This document shows, in pieces, positions 9,980 to 19,223 of a DNA stretch of 64,000 nucleotides. The stretch comes from Candidatus Fermentibacterota bacterium (lineage in GTDB: Bacteria; JAFGKV01): contig JAFGKV010000186.1 of assembly GCA_016928395.1 (NCBI GenBank), forward strand, positions 599-64,598. Reading direction: 5' to 3'. Numbering within the stretch: position 1 is the stretch's first letter; each line of letters opens with the position of its first letter. The translations under genes were made by a program, and so were the position numbers. The notes beneath the pieces were generated by a model. That model was not told where the DNA came from, did no database searches, and saw nothing but the letters and a program-made list of their open reading frames with translations.

Positions 9980-10792
9980 ATGAGGTTCTTGCTCTCTGTG
10001 GCCCTTGTGCTTGCGGCCGTCGGATCCGCCAATGCGGCAAACTGCAATGACATGCACATCATCGGCGTCACGACCGTGGCGTCCGACGGCACGGCCCAGG
10101 GCCTGTTCGACAAGATGCTCGGAGAGTCCATCTGCGTGCAGGTGCAGCTCATCGAGATCGACACCGACCTGCAGCTTGAGACTCCGGCCGACTACGATGT
10201 CCGCATACTTATCGTGGATTCAAACGGCGACACGGTCGAAACCTGCTGCTGGACCGGCGAACCCTCCCCGGGCAATTCCGTCCCGTTCTACATGGGCCCC
10301 CCGGGGTGGACCTGCTGCTATGCCCTGTCTCCCGATGATCCCATCGGCACCTACACAATCTATGTCGGTATCTTCGCTGACGACGGCAACTGCGAGATCC
10401 CGTGCGTTCCGGGAAGCTGGAACCATGCGGTGACCCAGGTCACCGGCGTGGTGCCCGTCGAGCTGTCGGCCTTCGAGGCAGCAGTCTCCGGTGCGACAGT
10501 CACGATTCGATGGGAGACCAGGTCTGAGAATGATAACCTGGGATTCTTCGTTCTCAGGTCATCCGGCACAGACGGCGACTATGTCCGCCTCGGCGAGATG
10601 ATTCCCGCCCAGGGGAGCTCATCAACCGGCGCCACCTACTCGTTCACCGACCGGCCGGGCACTTCCGGTGCCTACTTCTACCGGCTGGAGGATGTTGCCA
10701 CCGATGGCTTGACCACTCTGCACAACCCTGTCCGGGTCGTGACCGGCGACACGGCAACCTGGGGTGAGATCAAGGCATCCTTCGACAAGTAG
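9980..10792 (+). CDS. Secreted cysteine-rich hypothetical protein with a C-terminal beta-sandwich-like module.
   Basis: AGGAGGTG RBS and signal peptide MRFLLSVALVLAAVGSANA. About 10 Cys in the mature N-terminal half. The C-terminal ~90 aa (LSAFEAAVSGATVTIRWETRSENDNLGFFVLRS...YFYRLEDVATDG...HNPVRV) resembles a recurrent C-terminal domain of secreted proteins. Confidence 0.6.
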   Translation: MRFLLSVALVLAAVGSANAANCNDMHIIGVTTVASDGTAQGLFDKMLGESICVQVQLIEIDTDLQLETPADYDVRILIVDSNGDTVETCCWTGEPSPGNSVPFYMGPPGWTCCYALSPDDPIGTYTIYVGIFADDGNCEIPCVPGSWNHAVTQVTGVVPVELSAFEAAVSGATVTIRWETRSENDNLGFFVLRSSGTDGDYVRLGEMIPAQGSSSTGATYSFTDRPGTSGAYFYRLEDVATDGLTTLHNPVRVVTGDTATWGEIKASFDK

Positions 10793-10850
10793 AAATAACC
10801 GCGCCGAGTCCGAAGACCGGTGGCCCACTCCGGGCCGCCGGTCCTCCGTT

Positions 10851-10900
10851 TTCAGCGGGGGAAAGGTACGGCCATTCAGCGCGTACCACCTTGCCCCCCA
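10851..10900. terminator. Imperfect GC-rich hairpin between convergent genes; candidate bidirectional terminator.
   Basis: GGGGGAAAGGTACG...CGTACCACCTTGCCCCC imperfect inverted repeat in the 145-bp gap between the ends of the 9980-10792 (+) and 10938-12680 (-) genes. No U-tract. Confidence 0.25.
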
Positions 10901-10937
10901 AGCCTGTGGCCTGTGGCTTCGCGTGGCGTTCGACCTC

Positions 10938-12680
10938 TCAGGGGCCGTCGTCCAGCGCCCATGAGGAGCCGCCCACGGGCTCCGTCGGCATGGACAGGCT
11001 GAGCCCCATCCGGGAGATCAGCGTGTAATACCGCTGCGACCCTCCACCGGAAAGTGCATTCACGTCAAGATACGATGTGGCCTGGATGGTCGTCTGCCCG
11101 GATTGTGGTGACCAGGGCGCAGTGTGCCACCGGAGCACATAGTCGGTTGCCGGGGGATCGGGCGCCCATGTGAGCAGGAGGTCATGGTCGTTCGGCGCGC
11201 TCACCGTCACCCACGCCGGCCCAGCCAAAGGCGGGGCGTCGCCGCGTCTGAACGAGAATACTTCTGCACCAACAAGACTCGATGCCAGGAACTCCTGGAG
11301 TCCCACACCGGGGGCCGACACCACGGCGCACGTCCAGGTAAGGCCGTCATTCGCTGGCGTCTGCGCTGGATCAGGCAGGTTCGCCCATCCCGGGGCAGCG
11401 CCTCCCAGCAGGGGCACCTGGAACGAGGTCACCGACGCAGGCCCGACCACCTCCCACACCAATGAATCCAGGCCGGCGCCCGAGCGATCTTCCAGCGTAA
11501 ACGAGGAGACTTCCCAGTCGGCAGCGGGAGTACCTGCCGCCTGGTACCCGCCAAAAGTGAACTCGTCCCCCGCGCGGATGAGATCCGGCGGCAGGTAGAA
11601 GGCTTCGAATAGGCGGGTTGCGCCAGGCGTCAGGGCAGTCCAGTCGAATGCTCCACCGCCCCAGGTGGGATGCTCCGAGGTGTCGGAGTATGCCACGCCC
11701 GAGTAGGCATCTAGGTCGGCAAACACGCCGGAGGCAGGCAGATATGAAAGGGACACCGTGGTGTCGATCCCCGCGCGGCACTGGACGCCGTGCAGCGGCA
11801 CAAAACGGTCCTTACGCGGACTGGTAGTCAGCTCGCCAAGGCAGGCCACATAGCCCTGGCTCCCCCCCGGCACTCCGCTCACTGTGACCTGTATGCCATG
11901 CACAAAGCCTGTGGTACAGGTGTGATTGATGACGGCGTCGCCCGAAACGGCGTAGTTGCGCGATGCGGTTCCACTCGTCGCGACAAGCTGGAGGGGATTG
12001 CCGGCGATGAGATCATCGACGCTGACCCGATACCCCAGACAGATCATATCCACGGTGCTCCCGGTGCGGAAGCGCTGGGTATACGGCTCCTTGAAGAAGT
12101 TCACTACATACATCTCTGTCTGACTCGGGATGTCGATGTTCTCAGGAATCGGGATATCGGCATTGACGGGCCACCCGATATGCATCGTGTCCATGAAGGA
12201 TGACATCAGGACGCCTGCGTCGCCGCTTAGAAGCTGCTCCGGAGCGATGGCGCCCATGACGATACCCATGTCCAGAAAACCGTCGGTGTTCACCAGGGGC
12301 AGCCCTCGCACGACGCCCGAGATCAGCGAAGTGTCCGGCCATTGTTGGACGACACAGGGATCGCACCACAGCGTCAGGGTGCCCACAGGACAGTCCAGCA
12401 CCGTGAGTCTCGCATACCCTGCGGGCGCCGCGGTCACGGAAAGCCCGGCAACCAGGGCCGGATCGCTCAGAACGACCAGTCCATCACCTCCGGTGATCCC
12501 CCAGTTGCCCGGGAAGGGATCATCCGGGGCGGCACCGATCTGTAGGTAGACCCCCGACAGCGGCTGGTCGGTCTGCCGATCCCGCACAGTCACGGTGAGC
12601 TGATCTGCCGAACCCGCCACGCACAAAGTCGCCAGCATCATCACCGCGAGGAATGGAATGCGGCAATCGGTCCTCATCAT
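10938..12680 (-). CDS. Secreted hypothetical protein with a C-terminal fibronectin-III-like domain; last gene of the glycan gene train.
   Basis: Signal peptide MMRTDCRIPFLAVMMLATLCVAGSAD at the ATG at 12680 (the first 79 codons of the tracked ORF were rejected). C-terminus VTVSAPNDHDLLLTWAPDPPATDYVLRWH is FN3-like. There is a 10-nt gap to the upstream GWxTD gene. Confidence 0.6.
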   Translation of the reverse strand: MMRTDCRIPFLAVMMLATLCVAGSADQLTVTVRDRQTDQPLSGVYLQIGAAPDDPFPGNWGITGGDGLVVLSDPALVAGLSVTAAPAGYARLTVLDCPVGTLTLWCDPCVVQQWPDTSLISGVVRGLPLVNTDGFLDMGIVMGAIAPEQLLSGDAGVLMSSFMDTMHIGWPVNADIPIPENIDIPSQTEMYVVNFFKEPYTQRFRTGSTVDMICLGYRVSVDDLIAGNPLQLVATSGTASRNYAVSGDAVINHTCTTGFVHGIQVTVSGVPGGSQGYVACLGELTTSPRKDRFVPLHGVQCRAGIDTTVSLSYLPASGVFADLDAYSGVAYSDTSEHPTWGGGAFDWTALTPGATRLFEAFYLPPDLIRAGDEFTFGGYQAAGTPAADWEVSSFTLEDRSGAGLDSLVWEVVGPASVTSFQVPLLGGAAPGWANLPDPAQTPANDGLTWTCAVVSAPGVGLQEFLASSLVGAEVFSFRRGDAPPLAGPAWVTVSAPNDHDLLLTWAPDPPATDYVLRWHTAPWSPQSGQTTIQATSYLDVNALSGGGSQRYYTLISRMGLSLSMPTEPVGGSSWALDDGP

Positions 12681-12690
12681 GGCGCGTCTC

Positions 12691-13893
12691 CTACCATCGG
12701 GACAGGTCGCCCTGGACCATATCGTACCGGCCGAAACCCGTACGATCCACGAAGACGAACTCTCGCTTGAGCGAGTGGTAGCTCCAGATCTCGTACGGCT
12801 TGTTGTTGCGGTCAAACGGATGGCGTTCGATATCGTCGGGAGGGCCGAAGCGGACATGGACCATTCCCATGTCCGTCTTCCACCCCTCTTCGAATGCTGA
12901 AAAGTTGTCGTTGGCATACATGATCCGCGCCTCGTACATTTCTACCAGTTCATTGCGGGGTGTCGACGGCACTGGATCGTGCTCGACCCAGTACGCGTGC
13001 CAGAACTCTGTCCGGTCTTGGGGCGCAAGCTTCTTGAATCTGCGTACCTCGTCCTTCTCGGCGATGTAGCTCAGGAGCCGGTGGGCATCATCATACCTAT
13101 TCACCATGGTCCAGATAGACCATGGTACTACCATGTGCCTGGCTGTCGTAGTGGGATCGTGCGTTCCCACGCTCATCTGCACTTGGTAGCTTCCTGCCTC
13201 CAGCCGGGTGACGCCAAGGAACATCTCAACCATGGTCAGTGCTCCGGAAACCAGAATACTGTCGCTCTGCTCTATCCTGCTCTTGCCCCGAGCATCGGAG
13301 ACCTCCACCCGCACGGGAAGCACGGTCTCGGAGGTATCTCCGAATGCATAAAGCTCCGCGGCCACCGTCAAAGCGCCGCATGGGTCAGGCAGCGTGTCGG
13401 AGAGTGCCTGCCGGTCCTCCATGCATCCGAGCAACATAAGAGAGCTGAGTTGCAGGCCCGACGATTTGGGAGGCTCCATCACCAGCGTCTGCTGACGCGT
13501 TCCGCTTCGCTTGTTTTCACGGTCTTCCATCGTGACGCTGACGACATAGCTGCCGGGCGGAAGTCTCAATCGGATCTCCTCATGGGCAAGCATATTGCGA
13601 GCATTGGTTTCGGCGAACGAGAAGACCTGAACCGCGCCGCTAAGATTCCCCGTGTGCACCCGTTCCCCCTTATCCGTTGCAATCCGGTATGAGGCGGTGT
13701 AGGTGGCGGTGAAGCCGTCCTCGCCCTTCACGAAGAGGAGTTCGTCATAGGCAAGGGAGATGCGTATCTTCGCGTAGGGGCCTTCCTCGGGTTCCCAATA
13801 GCTTGCAGCCTCCACTTGGAAGGGAAGGGAGGCAGGTTGAGACCACGCCCAACCGGCGTGTGTGAGGGCTGCGAGTATGATGAGTCGATTCAT
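12691..13893 (-). CDS. GWxTD-domain protein (secreted).
   Basis: Signal peptide MNRLIILAALTHAGWAWSQ. The literal motif GWKTDMG sits near the C-terminus within a ~100-aa conserved-looking block. The start overlaps the upstream gene's stop (ATGA at 13890-13893). Confidence 0.75.
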   Translation of the reverse strand: MNRLIILAALTHAGWAWSQPASLPFQVEAASYWEPEEGPYAKIRISLAYDELLFVKGEDGFTATYTASYRIATDKGERVHTGNLSGAVQVFSFAETNARNMLAHEEIRLRLPPGSYVVSVTMEDRENKRSGTRQQTLVMEPPKSSGLQLSSLMLLGCMEDRQALSDTLPDPCGALTVAAELYAFGDTSETVLPVRVEVSDARGKSRIEQSDSILVSGALTMVEMFLGVTRLEAGSYQVQMSVGTHDPTTTARHMVVPWSIWTMVNRYDDAHRLLSYIAEKDEVRRFKKLAPQDRTEFWHAYWVEHDPVPSTPRNELVEMYEARIMYANDNFSAFEEGWKTDMGMVHVRFGPPDDIERHPFDRNNKPYEIWSYHSLKREFVFVDRTGFGRYDMVQGDLSRW

Positions 13894-16187
13894 GAGTTCT
13901 CTCCTGGCATGAGACTGGTGTTGGGACGAGTGGATCCACCCATGAGCGCCGATGCGATGAGCCGAAGGGAGCCCAAGAGAATCCGCACGTCAGTGCCGAG
14001 GTTGATGCTGTTCAGGTACGCAAGGTCATACTTCAGCTTGTCTGAGGCTTCCGAATCATATCGCCCGTGTACCTGTGCCAATCCGGTGAGACCGGGCCTC
14101 ACCACAAGCCGCCGTTGATAGGCAGGGTCACCCCGGGTGAACACCTCCACGAACTCCGGTCGCTCGGGCCGTGGCCCGACGAAACTCATCTCTCCTTTGA
14201 GGATATTGATGAGCTGCGGAATCTCATCGAGATGGGTGCTCCTGAGAAATCCCCCGAAACGCACGATCCTCGGGTCGTCAGCAGAGGCCAGCACCGGGCC
14301 CGACTCCTTCTCGGCATCAGCAATCATCGTACGGAACTTCAGCAACACAAACTGCTTGCCTCGCCGCCCCACGCGAACCTGTCTGTACAAGGCCGGCCCG
14401 GGGCTTGAGAGCTTCGTGCTGAGCATCACCAGCGCACACACCCAAGAGGTCAGCAGGAGGCCCGCCCCGCTGGCCACTACATCCAGGCCGCGCTTGACCG
14501 TACGATACCACCCGGAGAGAGGATCGGTGGGCAGCTTGATCAGCGGCATGCCAGCCAGGTTGGTCAGCTCGACCCTGCCGATGAGGATCTCGTACAGCCC
14601 TGGCACGATGCTGACGCGTGCGCCTCGGTATTCGCAGCTGGCGATTACCTCAATGAGCCGGTGTGGGGGCCACGAGTCCACCGCAATGATGACTTCGGTG
14701 AGTGCGTAGCGATGCAGCACCGCTGCGATGCCATCGGCCTGGCCCAAGACGGGTGCCCCCACCGATTCGGGACCCGATGTAGAGACGAACCCCACGAATC
14801 GTGAGCCGACCCCGAGACGTCCCCCCAGTTCGCGGGCAAGCCTCTGGGCGGCATCTCCGGTGCCGATGATGCCGACGCGAACGACACCGCGTTTCCGCGT
14901 CGGCCGCGAGAGCAGTGCGGTTCGCACGACAGCCAACGGCGCGACTGCCAGGATCAAACCCAGTGCGAACACCGATCGGGGGAAGGGAAAGGTGAGCGTG
15001 GCGAAACGCCGCGACACGAAGTTCGCCAGCACGAACACGCCTGCAGCCACGGTGAGCGCTCGCGCCACCTGATATGCCAACTGCACCATGTCTCTGTCAT
15101 GTTCCTCGTCGTAGAGTCGCGCGCCCCACAGCACCAGAATCGTGATGCCCGTCAGCACGGGGGAAGCGTGGAGGAACGCATCGAAGTGAGGCTGGACCAC
15201 GCCCCCCAGTTTCAGGTAGAACGCCGCCACCTGGGTTAGGTTGATACACACTGCGTCCAGCGCCATGATAGCCAACACTCTGACAACCGGCGCAATACCG
15301 TCGATGATGCCCCTCGCCAATACCCCGAAGGATACGAGCCAGTTAAGCGGCCGGGCCAGCGTACCGGCGAAGTGCTTGTTGTGGAAGAGCAGCATCGCCC
15401 GGTGGAACTCGTACGTGCTGCGCAGCTTGTTACGCTTGCTCAGCCCGCCTTTGTAGTGGATAATCTCCGCAGCCGGGTTGTACAGCACCTTCCACCCGTG
15501 CCGCCGGGCGCGAAGACACCAGTCCAACTCCTCGCCGTACAAAAAGAACTGCTCATCCAACGCACCAACCGTCAGCAACACCTCCGGTCGGAACATGAGA
15601 AACGAGCCGGACACTGCGTCCACTTCGGTCTCCCTGGCATCATCCTTGAAAGTCAGGTTGTACCTGGCGAACCGAACGCTGGAGGGTCGAAGCTTCGCCA
15701 GCCCGATCATCCGATAGAACGCTACCGCGGGCGTGGGAATCGATCGCCGGCAGGCGAGCTGCAGGGTAAGATCGGGATTGAGCACGCGGCAACCCGCGAT
15801 GCCCGCCTCCGGATGGGCATCCATGAAGCGCACCATGTCCGATAAGGCATCACCCAGGACGCGGGTGTCGGGGTTCATCAGCAGCACGTAGCGACCTGTG
15901 CAGAAAGGGAACGCCTGGTTGTTGGCCCGGGCAAAGCCGACATTCTCGCTGTTGGCCAGAACGGTGACCTGGGGATAGCGTGTTCTGACCATGTCGGCGC
16001 TGCCATCCGTCGATGCGTTATCGACAAGGGTCACGTGCACGCTGATGCCCTCGGTGTGTCCGAACACCGAATCCAGGCATTCTTCCAGATAGTCGATTCC
16101 ATTCCAGTTGACGATGACCACGGAGAGATCAGGTGGCACGCCTGGGTCCGGCACTGGCCGCGCCTTGGGTGCCGCTGCATCGTTCAT
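13890..16187 (-). CDS. Fusion protein: N-terminal GT2 glycosyltransferase joined to a C-terminal polyprenyl-phosphate sugar phosphotransferase (WbaP / bacterial sugar transferase family).
   Basis: N-terminus: VVIVNWNG...LVDNASTDGS...DxD-like GT2 features. Middle: multiple TM helices. C-terminus: KRGLDVVASGAGLLLTSW...LLKFRTM...PGLTGLAQV, the hallmark of the exopolysaccharide-priming transferase family. The ATG at 16187 is preferred; an alternative start is at 16229. Confidence 0.8.
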   Translation of the reverse strand: MNDAAAPKARPVPDPGVPPDLSVVIVNWNGIDYLEECLDSVFGHTEGISVHVTLVDNASTDGSADMVRTRYPQVTVLANSENVGFARANNQAFPFCTGRYVLLMNPDTRVLGDALSDMVRFMDAHPEAGIAGCRVLNPDLTLQLACRRSIPTPAVAFYRMIGLAKLRPSSVRFARYNLTFKDDARETEVDAVSGSFLMFRPEVLLTVGALDEQFFLYGEELDWCLRARRHGWKVLYNPAAEIIHYKGGLSKRNKLRSTYEFHRAMLLFHNKHFAGTLARPLNWLVSFGVLARGIIDGIAPVVRVLAIMALDAVCINLTQVAAFYLKLGGVVQPHFDAFLHASPVLTGITILVLWGARLYDEEHDRDMVQLAYQVARALTVAAGVFVLANFVSRRFATLTFPFPRSVFALGLILAVAPLAVVRTALLSRPTRKRGVVRVGIIGTGDAAQRLARELGGRLGVGSRFVGFVSTSGPESVGAPVLGQADGIAAVLHRYALTEVIIAVDSWPPHRLIEVIASCEYRGARVSIVPGLYEILIGRVELTNLAGMPLIKLPTDPLSGWYRTVKRGLDVVASGAGLLLTSWVCALVMLSTKLSSPGPALYRQVRVGRRGKQFVLLKFRTMIADAEKESGPVLASADDPRIVRFGGFLRSTHLDEIPQLINILKGEMSFVGPRPERPEFVEVFTRGDPAYQRRLVVRPGLTGLAQVHGRYDSEASDKLKYDLAYLNSINLGTDVRILLGSLRLIASALMGGSTRPNTSLMPGENS

Positions 16188-17689
16188 GGTGCCGCTCCCG
16201 GCCCGGGACGGCTCCTCGAAGCCAACCATGAGATCAACCGTCCGGCGTCATGCAAGGCCAGAGTCGGCTCGCCCCGCCATACCGCTACGCGTGACCGTAG
16301 CCGTTTCGCCACGCGCGGCAGGGCCGCGTTGTAGTGATGGAAGCGTGCGTGCATGGCGGACTCCACGGTTGAGTAGCTGACCCCGGGCGGCAGAATCATC
16401 CCTCTGTCATCGCGGATGAAGTAATAGTCGTGGGGGCTCATGCGGAAGTACGCATCCCGCGGCATGGTCTCCATCACGACACCCCTCTCCAATGCCCAGT
16501 CGAACAAAGCTGTCCCCGGGAACGCCTCATAGCCCGAAAGACTTGCAAAATCCGGCGCCAGCTCCCGCATAAATCTATCTGTCGCGTGGACATCTTCCAG
16601 GCTTTCTCCCGGTAGCCCCATCATGAAGTACGCAGTCCAATGCAGGCCAGATCTTCGCAGCATTGCCGCGGCATCTCGAATCCGAGCAGCGCTCAGCGAT
16701 CGATCAAGCCTCTGCATCATGGGTTCCGACCCGGTCTCTACGCCCACCTTGACTCCCCGGCATCCCAACCCACGCATCGCCGATAGCAGTCGCTCGTCAA
16801 TCCTGTCCACCCGGGTCACGCAGTCCCATGTCATGCCGCGTCGATGCAGAAGCTCGGCGATAGCCAGCGTCCGCTTCGCATCCAGGGTAAACACATCGTC
16901 TTTGAAGGCCACATGGCGAACACCCTGCCTCGTGATCTCGTCAAACTCTGCCTCCAGGACCTCCAAGGGGACCAGTCGCACACGCCGCCGCCACAGCCCC
17001 TTGGTGAAGCAGTAGGTGCAGCCAAAAGGACAGCCCCGCGACGTCATCACCAGGCCCAGATCCTCGCGAGAGTATGATCCCCGGACGAAAAGGTCGCGGG
17101 TAGGGTGCCCCAGGCGCTCGAGAGCCGCCGGGGGGACCTCGGTGATGCAGTTACCGGTCCTGGTCACCAGCCCCGGTGTCTCCCTTCCCAACGTCTCAAT
17201 CGCGGCACGGTCTTCTACCAGGATCGTTCCCAATACCGGCTCACCCTCCCCTACAACAACCCCATCGACTTCAGGAGCGTTCTCCAGAATCTCCATGGGC
17301 CGCACCATGGCGTGGGGGCCTCCCACGACGATGGGCACGTGGGGGAGCCTCGCGCGTACCCTCGATGCAACCTGCATCACCGAGGCCATCTTCGCGGTCA
17401 GCGCCGAGATGCCAACCCACTGGGGCCGGGTCACGGCCAGGGTATGGTCAAGCTCCTTCCAGATGGGGGATCCCTCATCGGCGACCCCTGCGGAGTAGTC
17501 GGGATAGCGTCGAGGTAAGCCTTGGTAGTCGACGCCTCGAGCGCGAGCATCGTGGTCGGCGTCGTAGACCAACGGCTCGTGGCCCAAGGCGCGGGCGTGA
17601 GCCGCAAGGGTGGCCAGACCATACGGGAAGTAGCGGGTGAGAAAGCCCATGAATCGGTAGAACGGAGGGTCTATCAGCAGGATCCGCAT
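16184..17689 (-). CDS. Cobalamin (B12)-binding radical SAM protein (class B radical SAM).
   Basis: N-terminal B12-binding Rossmann region (MRILLIDPPFYRF...YFPYGLATLAAHARALGHEPLVYDADHD) followed by the CPFGCTYC CxxxCxxC radical-SAM cluster motif. Start at 17689 preceded by GAGGT; the 91-codon upstream extension in the ORF track is Arg/Gly-rich and was rejected. Confidence 0.85.
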   Translation of the reverse strand: MRILLIDPPFYRFMGFLTRYFPYGLATLAAHARALGHEPLVYDADHDARARGVDYQGLPRRYPDYSAGVADEGSPIWKELDHTLAVTRPQWVGISALTAKMASVMQVASRVRARLPHVPIVVGGPHAMVRPMEILENAPEVDGVVVGEGEPVLGTILVEDRAAIETLGRETPGLVTRTGNCITEVPPAALERLGHPTRDLFVRGSYSREDLGLVMTSRGCPFGCTYCFTKGLWRRRVRLVPLEVLEAEFDEITRQGVRHVAFKDDVFTLDAKRTLAIAELLHRRGMTWDCVTRVDRIDERLLSAMRGLGCRGVKVGVETGSEPMMQRLDRSLSAARIRDAAAMLRRSGLHWTAYFMMGLPGESLEDVHATDRFMRELAPDFASLSGYEAFPGTALFDWALERGVVMETMPRDAYFRMSPHDYYFIRDDRGMILPPGVSYSTVESAMHARFHHYNAALPRVAKRLRSRVAVWRGEPTLALHDAGRLISWLASRSRPGPGAAP

Positions 17690-18585
17690 GCCAACCTCGG
17701 CGACAGGCAGGCCTTGAGCACCGCCATGTGCTCGGCGCGATGGGCGCCAGGCATGGACACCAGTGAGTAGCCGCACAAGAGGGCACGAACCCCCGACCTC
17801 TGAAATGCATTGCCGTGGCGCTGGAAGTAGCGAAGCGCACTGATCGCCCGATGGCGATGGGCCCGGGCCGTCCGACTCGGCGCGCTGCCTCCAATGACGT
17901 GTCCTGCCGTGGCCGTGGGTGTGAACCCTACGGCCCAGCCCGCGTTCCACAACCGACGGCACAGATCCTTTTCTTCGTAGTAGAGGAAAAAACCCGGGTC
18001 AAGGGGACCGGCATCGAAGAGGGCTGCGCGACGAAGCATGAAACAGGCGCCGCTCACCATTTCGACCTCCCGCTCGACCGTGTGGGGATCAAGCTGGCCA
18101 AAGACGTCGGCCAGTTTGGTTCGGCCCAGCGCACGCTTTGCGGCCGGCGGCACCCTTCCCGCTACGCCCAGAAGATGCCCGGCGAGCTGCACGAGAGTTG
18201 GGAGCCGGTAGCTGCTGGTCTGCAGGGTTCCGTTCGGATTGCACAGTCTAGGCCCCGCCAGGGCCATACGGGGGTGGCGGAGCAGGAAGGCAACCAGCGC
18301 TCCGACAGCACCGTCACCCAGTGTTGTATCCGGGTTAGCCACGAGGAGGAATTCGTTATCCAGTAGTGCAAAACCACGGTTCACACCCCGCGCAAACCCC
18401 AGGTTGCGGCAGGGCTCGTCCCAGACCACCGAAGCGCCGAAGCCGGCTTTCAGATTCATGGGTACCGGGTGGGAGTCATGATTGACCACCACCGTTCGAT
18501 GCACCTGGGGAACCAAGGCACTAAGGCACCTGAACAACAGGTCGAAGGAACCATAGTGCACCACCACGGCCCCGACATTCAGCAT
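17674..18585 (-). CDS. GT2-family glycosyltransferase.
   Basis: VVVHYGS...LVANPDTTL...EEKDLCRRL pattern of GT-A fold family 2 enzymes. Overlaps neighbours on both sides. Confidence 0.75.
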   Translation of the reverse strand: MLNVGAVVVHYGSFDLLFRCLSALVPQVHRTVVVNHDSHPVPMNLKAGFGASVVWDEPCRNLGFARGVNRGFALLDNEFLLVANPDTTLGDGAVGALVAFLLRHPRMALAGPRLCNPNGTLQTSSYRLPTLVQLAGHLLGVAGRVPPAAKRALGRTKLADVFGQLDPHTVEREVEMVSGACFMLRRAALFDAGPLDPGFFLYYEEKDLCRRLWNAGWAVGFTPTATAGHVIGGSAPSRTARAHRHRAISALRYFQRHGNAFQRSGVRALLCGYSLVSMPGAHRAEHMAVLKACLSPRLACGSC

Positions 18586-19223
18586 GGCAGTCTCCGGTAG
18601 CGAATCCGGTAGAAGAGAGTCTTCACCGTCTCATTGAAGACCCGCACCAATCCATCCTCGTTCTGCCACCATGGCTGATAGTCCACCTCCGGTACGGGCG
18701 CGGCCGCCACATGAACGACGATTCCCCTGGATTCCAGCACTCGGCCGAGTATCCAGCGTGACCGGGCGCTATGATAACTGGAGGTGACGAAAATGAGCCT
18801 TCGAAGCCCTCGACCCCCGGCCCAGGCCGCCGCGGCCTCTGCTTCGTCCAGGGTGCTTGCCACGGGACCGGGCAACACGACAACGCATGAATCGGCTATC
18901 CCCAACGTGGACAGAATGCCGCAGGCGATGACATCCTCGGGAGGAGCCAGCCCCAACCTGACCACGGCGCTGCTCTCAGGCCTTGCCATGGCAACGATGG
19001 GGGCGCGCCCCTCCCGCATGAGCGCTGCCGCATAGGCGGTGCGGGGAAGCACCTCCCCCAGCAGGATAAACACTGCATCCGCCCGTGCGGGCAGCTGTTC
19101 CCAGTGCTGGAGCCGTTCTCCCCAAAGCCGCAGCAGGTGGTGGGGCCGGTAGGCCAGATAGACGCACAGGCCGAGGGCAACCCCGGCGAGAAGCGAGAAT
19201 CGCACCGGTCGGGGTGCAGTCAT
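18579..19223 (-). CDS. DUF218 (YdcF/ElyC/SanA-like) envelope-biogenesis-associated protein.
   Basis: N-terminal TM helix (FSLLAGVALGLCVYLAY), then ADAVFILLGEV...R...APIVAM...VTSSYHSARS, typical of DUF218. The ATG at 19223 overlaps the upstream stop (ATGA); the longer 300-aa ORF was rejected. Confidence 0.65.
   Translation of the reverse strand: MTAPRPVRFSLLAGVALGLCVYLAYRPHHLLRLWGERLQHWEQLPARADAVFILLGEVLPRTAYAAALMREGRAPIVAMARPESSAVVRLGLAPPEDVIACGILSTLGIADSCVVVLPGPVASTLDEAEAAAAWAGGRGLRRLIFVTSSYHSARSRWILGRVLESRGIVVHVAAAPVPEVDYQPWWQNEDGLVRVFNETVKTLFYRIRYRRLPC

Noticed and set aside
16184-17962. Long form of the radical SAM ORF (592 aa) and long form of the DUF218 ORF (18579-19481).
   Set aside because: The upstream extensions are Arg/Gly/Pro-rich and overlap the preceding genes extensively. 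Internal ATGs at 17689 and 19223 give canonical N-termini and ATGA or short overlap coupling.
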